A stretch of 64,000 bases of DNA from Dehalococcoidia bacterium (GTDB lineage: Bacteria > Chloroflexota > Dehalococcoidia > Lucifugimonadales > UBA3495). Positions 58,301-64,000 of the stretch are shown piece by piece. The first letter of the stretch is position 1, and the number at the start of each line of letters is the position of its first letter. The translations under genes were made by a program, and so were the position numbers. A model generated the notes under the pieces. That model worked only from the letters and a program-made list of their open reading frames with translations, had not been told where the DNA came from and searched no databases. The stretch lies in assembly GCA_965242615.1 (NCBI GenBank), contig CBDESR010000005.1:838854-902853 (forward strand). Direction: 5' to 3'.

Positions 58301-58489
58301 GACAACCGCCCGGCAACCTTGACCAAGACGCAGTTTGAGTTTGCCCAAAAGCATCAAAAAGACTTCCGGCTTTATGTGGTGGAAAATGCCGGCGACCCGG
58401 CGCAAAGCCGCATTGTCAAGCTACAGAACCCGGCCGGCAAAGCGCAGACTTTTACCTTTGACCGCGGCTGGGTTCATCTGGCAGAGTAG
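55376..58489 (+). CDS. Sacsin-like GHKL (HATPase_c_3) ATPase with C-terminal DUF3883 (PD-(D/E)XK-like) domain
   Basis: 1037 aa. N-box FIYELLQNAEDA, G-box DIGRFGIGFKSVYA. The C-terminal ...GNPGFDLYEADADGQAVRWVEVKAMSG...FRLYVVEN is DUF3883-like. GC is visibly lower than in the flanking genes. Confidence 0.7.
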   Translation: MPTDYAAIKAENLRWYGEGIAHVGPLMLSERYADRTHFIYELLQNAEDALRRRGREWDGRRTVEFSLDAKGLTVSHFGKPFDEADVQGVCGIGESTKEYTDIGRFGIGFKSVYAFTKAPEIHSGEECFAIDKYVQPRAVKKISLAPEETKIRIPFNKEDEPQAKEKVLAGLRSLGQQTLLFLREIEEIAWSVNGKEAGRYRRSDEVVPFNGARKVRVVGWDDVSDEITEDWLVFSREVFHEEKSAGHVEIAFVLDRGEDNSQNPTVKKIEDSQLVVFFPTALPTHLGFLLQGPYRTTPSRDNVPERDDWNQYLVRETATLLVEALKGLRKLGLLSISALECLPLSSTLFSEGRRLAPLFQSVKDALLTERLLPAHTRGYITARNAKLSRTQELRSLIGPKQLAALFPDESKPAWLSDDITANRAFLLRNYLTEQLEVAEVTTEWLIPRLTREFLEAQSDAWIARLYEFLNRQRSLLNRLRPRPLIRLEDGSHTVAYVTEKPQAYLPGNNWTGFRTVKRSVCKSTSSLAFLRALDLRTPDPVDDVIANIIPKYIKDSVNVSAAEYQSDLELMLTALDTDSAAQRNSLIAGLREAKFIAAVDVVSRAGRFVKPREAYVPTERLKALFEGVPGVLIVDDSRRYLRGERIRGLLRAVGTPETLLPSPVKPSLTGEEKFELRNKSWTAGITREISVQDHTLMGLDLLLATLSNLPVEQAVSRAQLLWQTLGTLPNAAFSGTYRWVYYVQKSEQFPARFIKTLNEVAWVPDEQGELHRPSEVVFKNTGWEENPSLFARIPFKPDVLNELAIEAGIEADALALLKRRGITTESQLIAILGTMEAAAEVVSPDSLADKPEPQHPVAVPVPASQISTPRPAATSGSGQNQTNAQSGSGAVNRPTGYREFVTYVKTSPDEADADPDGLTHQARMSLEKEAIAFILSKEPSLQRTPPGNPGFDLYEADADGQAVRWVEVKAMSGTFDNRPATLTKTQFEFAQKHQKDFRLYVVENAGDPAQSRIVKLQNPAGKAQTFTFDRGWVHLAE

Positions 58490-58556
58490 CCGGATGCTTA
58501 ACTGGTCAGGAAACTCGCATCCCTTAACCCTAACCAAACACCCGGCAGGATAATCT

Positions 58557-59126
58557 ATGCCCGCCCTGACCCGCTGCCCCTGGCCCGGCGACAACCCCCT
58601 GCTGGTCGCCTACCACGATACCGAATGGGGCGTTCCCCTCTATGCTGACCGCAAACTCTTTGAGTTCCTCCTCCTCGACGGCGCGCAAGCCGGCCTCAGC
58701 TGGTTGACCATCCTGAACAAACGGGAGGGCTACCGCCAAGCCTTCGACAACTTCGACGCCGCCCGCATCGCCGCCTACGATGACCGCAAAGTTGCCCAAC
58801 TGCTGGCCGACCCGGGCATCGTCCGCAACCGGCAGAAAATCGCCGCCGCCATCGGCAACGCCCAAGCCTTTCTCCAAATCCGGCAGGAATCGGGCAGCTT
58901 TGCCGCCTACCTCTGGTCTTTCGTCAACCACCGCCCCATCAAAAACCATTGGAACCACGCCGCCGCCATCCCGGCCGTCTCCCCGGAATCGGAAGCGATG
59001 AGCCGGGACTTGCGGCGGCGCGGCTTCCGCTTCGTCGGCCCCACCATCTGCTACGCCTTTATGCAGTCCGCCGGTATGGTCAACGACCACATCACAACCT
59101 GCTTCCGCTATAATGAAGTCAGCTGA
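58557..59126 (+). CDS. tag: DNA-3-methyladenine glycosylase I
   Basis: 189 aa. Sequence RCPWPGDNPLLVAYHDTEWGVP..., FEFLLLDGAQAGLSWLTILNKREGYRQAF..., ICYAFMQSAGMVNDH. Confidence 0.9.
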   Translation: MPALTRCPWPGDNPLLVAYHDTEWGVPLYADRKLFEFLLLDGAQAGLSWLTILNKREGYRQAFDNFDAARIAAYDDRKVAQLLADPGIVRNRQKIAAAIGNAQAFLQIRQESGSFAAYLWSFVNHRPIKNHWNHAAAIPAVSPESEAMSRDLRRRGFRFVGPTICYAFMQSAGMVNDHITTCFRYNEVS

Positions 59127-59268
59127 CCGGCTCCGGCCGCCCGCCGTGGTAATACTGTTGTAATGCAATCCGGGCAAAATGCTACCCGTCTCGATACGAT
59201 TGGTGCGGTCTGAATACGGGCGGTCTGAACCGCCAACTACGCCGCCAGCAGCGCGGCCGCGGAGAATT

Positions 59269-60066
59269 ATGGACTTGGGCTTGAACGAGCGGGTGGCTAT
59301 CGTCTGCGGCGCCGGCGGTGATGTGGGCCGCAGTGTCGCCCTCAGCTTGGCCGCCGAGGGGGTTAAACTCGCGGTCTGCGACTACCACGAGGATGAATTG
59401 CGCGGCGCCGAGATGGATTTCGCCCGGGTCGCTACCCAGCGCAACATCCTCGCCCTGCCCGCCGACCTTTCCGAAAACCGCAGCATCCGCCGGGTGGTGC
59501 GCGACACTTTCAACCGCTTCGGCCAAGTGGACATTCTCGCATTGCAGCCCCACTGCATCCCGCCCGGCCCGCCCCGGGATGATACCGAGGATGAACGCGG
59601 CGATGAACTGGAACGCTCTTTCCGCAGCGCTCTGCGGCTCAGCCGGGAAGTCATCCCCTATATGAAACAAGAGCATTGGGGCCGCATCATCAACCTGATG
59701 CCGGTCCACGCCCCGCCCGCCGCCGCCGACTCGCCGCTGTCCCTGGCCCAGCAGCAGTATCTAATCGGCTACTTCAAGACCCTGGCTGACGAACTGGCCC
59801 CCTTCAACATCACCGTCAACACCCTGCTGGCTGGCCCCCTGGACACCAAGGAACTCCGCCGCCAACTCCAGGAACAAGCCGCCGCCGCTAACACCGACCC
59901 GGCCGCCCTGGTCAAACAAACTCACCGCAGCGTCCCGATGTCCCGCCTCGGCAAGCCGGAGGAAGTAGGCTATTTAGCCGCATTCCTGGCATCGGAACGG
60001 GCTGCCTACCTCACCGGCGGCGTCATCTCCCTGGACGGCGGCCTGCTCCAGAAACTGCGCCCGTAA
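59269..60066 (+). CDS. Short-chain dehydrogenase/reductase (SDR) family protein
   Basis: ATG 59269. Sequence VAIVCGAGGDVGRSVALSLAAEGVKLAV... (Rossmann motif), ...ITVNTLLAGPLDT... The catalytic region is somewhat atypical. Confidence 0.65.
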   Translation: MDLGLNERVAIVCGAGGDVGRSVALSLAAEGVKLAVCDYHEDELRGAEMDFARVATQRNILALPADLSENRSIRRVVRDTFNRFGQVDILALQPHCIPPGPPRDDTEDERGDELERSFRSALRLSREVIPYMKQEHWGRIINLMPVHAPPAAADSPLSLAQQQYLIGYFKTLADELAPFNITVNTLLAGPLDTKELRRQLQEQAAAANTDPAALVKQTHRSVPMSRLGKPEEVGYLAAFLASERAAYLTGGVISLDGGLLQKLRP

Positions 60067-60100
60067 GCCGCGCTATTCCCCATACCCGGCGACTTACTTA

Positions 60101-60128
60101 CCGTCATTCCCGTGAAAACCGGAATCCA
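60101..60128. repeat. REP-A repeat copy (inverted)
   Basis: ccgtcattcccgtgaaaaccggaatcca. Confidence 0.7.
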
Positions 60129-60143
60129 AAGTCCCCAACCTAT

Positions 60144-60170
60144 CTGGATTCCCCCACCGGCCGGAATCCG
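60144..60170. repeat. REP-A-like repeat copy
   Basis: ctggattcccccaccggccggaatccg. Confidence 0.55.
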
Positions 60171-60250
60171 GCGCTGGCAACGGTAAGTTATACTACCCCT
60201 CAAACCGGTTTCCCGGCCGGTTGCTCAATCCCCTGAAAGGAGCGCAATTT

Positions 60251-61261
60251 ATGGCTGCCAATCCTCTACCCCGGGTCTATCTCATCGGCACCGGGGGCAG
60301 CATTTCCTTTATCGGCGACTCCCGCACCGACTACATCAACTACAACTACCACGACCGCCACCTCACCATCGCGGAACTCTTGGCCCGCATCCCGGAAACC
60401 GCCCAATTTGCTGAAGTTCTGCCGGAGCAGTATCTCAATGTCGGCAGCGGCAGCGTTGCCCCCGCCCACTGGCTCGAACTGGCCCGCCGCTGCAACGCCA
60501 TCTTTCGCAGCGACCCGACCGCCGCCGGCATCGCCATCACCCACGGCACCGCCACCCTCGAGGAAACCGCCTACTTCCTGAACCTGACGGTTAAAGACCG
60601 CCGCCCGGTAGTCATCACCGGCGCCATGCGTCCCCCCACCGGCTTGGCTACCGATGTGGACATCAACCTGATGGACTGCATCCGGGTCGCCGCCGCGCCC
60701 CAATCCGCCGGCCGCGGCGCCCTGACCGTGCTGAACAACGAAATTCAGGCGGCCCGGGATGTGGTCAAAACCAACAGCTACCGCCTTGAAACCTTCCGTT
60801 CCGGAGAACTGGGCTGCCTCGGCTATGCCGACTCCGATGAACAGGTAGTCTTTTACCGGACGCCGGTCAAAGCCCATACCGTTGCCGCCGAGTTCGCCGT
60901 GGACGATTTAGCGGAACTGCCCCGGGTGGACATTGCCTACGCCTATGCCGGGGCCGACGGCGTGGTCATTGACGCCCTGGTTAACGCCGGGGTCAGCGGC
61001 CTTATCGCCGCTGGCTTGGGCAGCGGCGGCTCCCCGCCCGGCTTTATGGCCGCCCTGAAACGCGCCGTCCGCCGGAACATCCCGGTAGTTATCGCAACCC
61101 AAACCGGCAACGGCCGCGTCGTCCGCTCCCGCCGTTTCACCGAGGACGGCTACCTGGCTGCCGACAACCTCACCCCGAAAAAAGCCCGAATCCTGCTGAT
61201 GTTGGCACTGACCCGGACTAACGCCCCGGCAGAAATCCAGCGGATGCTGGAAACTTACTGA
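60251..61261 (+). CDS. L-asparaginase (bacterial type)
   Basis: ATG 60251 after AAAGGAG. Sequence VYLIGTGGSISF... (TGGT-type motif as TGGS), ...IAITHGTATLEETAYFL..., ...VVITGAMRP... Confidence 0.8.
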   Translation: MAANPLPRVYLIGTGGSISFIGDSRTDYINYNYHDRHLTIAELLARIPETAQFAEVLPEQYLNVGSGSVAPAHWLELARRCNAIFRSDPTAAGIAITHGTATLEETAYFLNLTVKDRRPVVITGAMRPPTGLATDVDINLMDCIRVAAAPQSAGRGALTVLNNEIQAARDVVKTNSYRLETFRSGELGCLGYADSDEQVVFYRTPVKAHTVAAEFAVDDLAELPRVDIAYAYAGADGVVIDALVNAGVSGLIAAGLGSGGSPPGFMAALKRAVRRNIPVVIATQTGNGRVVRSRRFTEDGYLAADNLTPKKARILLMLALTRTNAPAEIQRMLETY

Positions 61262-61267
61262 CCCTCT

Positions 61268-61299
61268 AAAACAACCGCCCCCGGTTTTCGTCCGGGGGC
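61268..61299 (-). terminator. Terminator of 61366..62223 (may also serve the convergent asparaginase gene)
   Basis: gcccccgg-ttttcgt-ccgggggc. The minus strand continues GGTTGTTTT. Confidence 0.6.
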
Positions 61300-61365
61300 A
61301 GTCTGTATAAACCTAGATTTGCCTTGCTGTGCAGGATTTCGGAATGCTTGGGGGCAGGGAATGGG

Positions 61366-62223
61366 TTACGGAATCAGCTTTATCGCGGCCACCCCCAGCG
61401 TGACCGCCGCGAAAATCGCCCCGATAATCCACTGGGTACTACGCAGCTCCGACGCCCGCCGATCCGCCCGCTCCTCCTCAAAGGCCGCCTTTATCTGAGC
61501 CCGAAACTCCGACCGCAGATCCTCGTTAGTGGCCCGCATTTCCAACCGCAAACTTTCGTTGGCCGCCAGCAGGCTTTTGTCCGAATCCTGCAAAAGCGCA
61601 ATGGCCGTCCGCAGCTCCGACCGCAAAGCTTCGTTGGCGTCCCGCATTTCCGACCGCAAACTTTCATCCGCAGCCTGCAAAAGCCCAATGGCCGTCCGCA
61701 ACTCCGACCGCAGGTTTTCCCCCGAAGTCTCCAAAGCCGCCATGGCCGTCCGCATTTCCGACCGCAAATTTTCGTTGCCCGCCCGCAGAACCTCGTCCGA
61801 AGCCTGCAACTCGGCAACGGCCGCCCGCAGCTCGAGCCGCAGGTTTTCGTTGACCGCCCGCAACTCCGCCCGCAGGCTCTCGTTGGCCGCCAGCATTTCC
61901 GCCCGCAACCTTTCGTCCGCAGATTGCAAACCCGCAACGGCCACACGCAGGCTCTCATCCGCAGACTGCAAACCGGCAACGGCCGCCCGCAGCTCCGACC
62001 GCAAAGTCTCGTCCGAAGCCTGCAACTCCGCAACGGCCGCCAGCAACTGCTCCCGAAACTCGGCCCGCAACTCTACCTTCGCCCCCTCAATAGCGGCCAT
62101 CAGCGTTGCCACATTGGCCTGCATCTCCTCCCGGGTGACCATATTGTTGGTCACCACCTCCAAAAACTGAAAGGCAGTCTCTACCCGGCCCACCCGTTCC
62201 TCAATGCTTACCGGCGTTGTCAT
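61366..62223 (-). CDS. Coiled-coil repeat protein with C-terminal TM anchor (DUF1640-like?)
   Basis: 285 aa, GGAGAGGA RBS. Many LR(S/A)E(L/M)R...LQ(A/S)(S/A)DE repeats, ending ...WIIGAIFAAVTLGVAAIKLIP. Confidence 0.65.
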   Translation of the reverse strand: MTTPVSIEERVGRVETAFQFLEVVTNNMVTREEMQANVATLMAAIEGAKVELRAEFREQLLAAVAELQASDETLRSELRAAVAGLQSADESLRVAVAGLQSADERLRAEMLAANESLRAELRAVNENLRLELRAAVAELQASDEVLRAGNENLRSEMRTAMAALETSGENLRSELRTAIGLLQAADESLRSEMRDANEALRSELRTAIALLQDSDKSLLAANESLRLEMRATNEDLRSEFRAQIKAAFEEERADRRASELRSTQWIIGAIFAAVTLGVAAIKLIP

Positions 62224-62335
62224 TACGCCATCCTCTCCATCCCGGCCTTTGCCGGCCGATTGAACTTGACGATTAGCCTACTACTGGATGCCCCCGCCGT
62301 CAAGGGGCGTGGCGTCACTAACTAAAGACCGGGGA

Positions 62336-62366
62336 CTCTGGATTCCCGTTGGCACGGGAATGACGG
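62336..62366. repeat. REP-A repeat copy
   Basis: ctctggattcccgttggcacgggaatgacgg. Confidence 0.75.
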
Positions 62367-62368
62367 AC

Positions 62369-62406
62369 CAAAAAACAAACCACCCCCCAGCTCCACAGCC
62401 GGGGGG
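62369..62406 (-). terminator. Terminator of the collagen-like gene
   Basis: cccccc-agctccacagcc-gggggg. The minus strand continues TGGTTTGTTTTTT. Confidence 0.55.
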
Positions 62407-62486
62407 CAGTCTCTATAAACCTGGCTTTTGCCGAGCCGCCGAAGCTATTAGCCCCGGTCAGCCGGCTGGTGGTAGCCGGGGGACGC

Positions 62487-63203
62487 CTACCGCCGCATGG
62501 TCATCGGCAGGGCAATAGCGATGATTACCGCCACTACTGCGATGATGATGGCGATGATGCCCGTAGTGCCGCTGGCGTTGACGCCGGCCGCGCCGGCCGG
62601 ACCTTGCGGCCCTTGCGCGCCGGCCGCGCCATCGGCGCCAGCCGCGCCGGGCCGGCCATCCGAACCAGCGGCCCCGGGGTCGCCCTGCGGCCCTTGCGGA
62701 CCCCGCGCCCCGTCCGCGCCCGCCGCGCCATCGGAACCATCCGCGCCCGCCGGACCAGCCGGACCCGCCGGACCAGCCGGACCCGCCGGACCTTGCGGCC
62801 CCCGCGCCCCGGCCGGACCTTGCGGCCCCGCCGGACCCTGTTCACCCGGCTCCGCCGTCTGGCCGCGGGCTGTCAGGGTAAATCCAGTAGTAATTTCCCC
62901 CGAAGCCCACTGCGGATGAGTTTCATTGGCGTCCACCCCATTGACCTTGAAGCTGATGGGGTTGTTCGTCTGGGACACTTGCAGGTCGTTAAACCGCCCG
63001 CCCGCATCGGTAGTGTCCGCCCCGATTTGCGTGTCCCCGTCCCACGCCGTTACCGTGCTGCCGGCCGGCACCGGGAAGCCGTTCGCGCTGGCCGTACCGA
63101 TAAAAATGTGGGGCGGTTGCCCTTGCGCCAACGCCGCCGCCGGTAGGGCGGACAGCATCGCCACAATCGCAAGCAAGGCCAGGATTCTGCTGACTTTTGC
63201 CAT
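62487..63203 (-). CDS. Secreted collagen-like (G-X-Y) repeat protein with C-terminal TM anchor
   Basis: 238 aa, GAGGAGGA RBS. Signal peptide ...[10 protein letters not shown], an ~85-aa N-terminal domain, about 29 uninterrupted G-X-Y triplets, then [24 protein letters not shown]. Confidence 0.8.
   Translation of the reverse strand: MAKVSRILALLAIVAMLSALPAAALAQGQPPHIFIGTASANGFPVPAGSTVTAWDGDTQIGADTTDAGGRFNDLQVSQTNNPISFKVNGVDANETHPQWASGEITTGFTLTARGQTAEPGEQGPAGPQGPAGARGPQGPAGPAGPAGPAGPAGADGSDGAAGADGARGPQGPQGDPGAAGSDGRPGAAGADGAAGAQGPQGPAGAAGVNASGTTGIIAIIIAVVAVIIAIALPMTMRR
62583..62846 (-). repeat. G-X-Y triplet (collagen-like) coding repeat
   Basis: [40 protein letters not shown]...[10 protein letters not shown]. 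Confidence 0.9.
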
Positions 63204-63292
63204 TGATTCCTCCTCTTAAAATCCCTGTTGCCGAGGGGCATCCGCCCCGGCAGTGTTACCCGCCGGAACGGATGCTTTTTCCTGACCTTGGC

Positions 63293-64000
63293 TTACCAGA
63301 CTTCCAGGTTCCAGCAGTTCCCGTTGACGCAGGTCAGGTTCCGGGTCCGCCCGTTCAGGATGACCTCGGCGGTCTGACCCACCAGGATCCAGTAGCTGTT
63401 GCCAGCGATGAAGTACTCCATCGTGCTGGCGTCCCCAGCCGCCGGGTCGTAGAAAGTCCAGCTCTTGGTGTCGTTGTTGAAGTTGAAGGCCCGAACGAAG
63501 TTCTCGCCCAAGTTGGCCACCCCTTCCATCACCGGCGTCTCCGCGCCACGCCGGTCCGACGCGGTTACGGTAAAGCCGATGCTGGCCGTAGTGTCGCTGA
63601 CCTCCACCTCAATGGTCTGAATGCCGCTGTCCAAGCCCGGGACCAAGATGTCAAACTCGGTCATGCCCTGGGCATTGGTCGCGGGCGCCGGCGAGGGCAG
63701 TACATCAATGCCGCCGATGCTGACGCTCTTTACCGGGACAAAGGTCTTGAAACCTTCGCCGCGCAGGGTAAGGGTGCTGCCCGGCGTGCCACTGTTGGCC
63801 GACAGGGTAATGGTCCCTTCCGGCACATCGTGGGTTACCGTGGTGGTTACCGGCACATCCTCCTCATCGTCGAAGGACACCCGAACGGTGTTGGTCGAGG
63901 GGATGGTGGCCGAAGTCGGCACCTTGATGACCGCCTCGAAGCGACCGCTGGCGTCGGATACGGTGCTGACCGTGGACGGCCGGCCGCCAGCATCGTATTC
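63293..64000 (-). CDS. Large surface protein, C-terminal part (Ig/IPT-like repeats + Cys-containing terminal domain); continues beyond window end
   Basis: The frame stays open to position 64000. The track start at 63922 is an internal GTG. Sequence ...TITLSANSGTPGSTLTLRGEGFKTFVPVKSVSIGGIDV... is IPT/TIG-like, ending NLTCVNGNCWNLEVW. Confidence 0.65.
   Translation of the reverse strand, partial: EYDAGGRPSTVSTVSDASGRFEAVIKVPTSATIPSTNTVRVSFDDEEDVPVTTTVTHDVPEGTITLSANSGTPGSTLTLRGEGFKTFVPVKSVSIGGIDVLPSPAPATNAQGMTEFDILVPGLDSGIQTIEVEVSDTTASIGFTVTASDRRGAETPVMEGVANLGENFVRAFNFNNDTKSWTFYDPAAGDASTMEYFIAGNSYWILVGQTAEVILNGRTRNLTCVNGNCWNLEVW

Overview
A 64-kb, high-GC (by eye about 60-65%) bacterial chromosomal segment. 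No homology search, RNA model or statistic could be run, so product names come from recognisable motifs and from recall of protein families. Coordinates of trimmed starts come from manual reading of the sequence.

Housekeeping genes:
- serS, lysS, tRNA-Thr(CGU) and tag
- two family-III CoA-transferases
- two xanthine-dehydrogenase-family subunits
- two MFS transporters
- several oxidoreductases and hydrolases, a ferredoxin and an Lrp regulator

Accessory and defence-type islets, which are unusually dense:
- a Type III R-M (res-mod, 3980-9919)
- a Dam-like Type II R-M cassette plus two PaREP1/HEPN-like small genes, wedged between the Mo and FAD subunit genes of the XDH-family locus (14613-17345)
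- a methyltransferase-Mrr fusion plus a small PD-(D/E)XK protein between lysS and serS (30335-32667)
- a DUF4268-type nuclease and HigBA next to a decayed phage packaging remnant of Zn-ribbon, terminase and portal (19753-25131)
- HicBA
- a nuclease followed by three copies of an unknown ~150-aa domain (51689-53989)
- a low-GC 1037-aa GHKL-ATPase/DUF3883 gene (55376-58489)

Other notable items:
- a SelW/Rdx-family gene with an in-frame UGA, probably selenocysteine (49323-49625)
- two secreted paralogs that share promoter, signal peptide and N-terminal domain but have different C-terminal halves
- a roughly 700-bp structured non-coding region rich in GGTTG motifs, upstream of the phage remnant
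- several REP/MITE-like repeat families, one copy translated in-frame inside the terminase gene
- a mosaic of blocks with opposite strand composition (C/A-ending versus G/T-ending codons), with boundaries that sometimes fall inside genes

No CRISPR array and no rRNA were seen.
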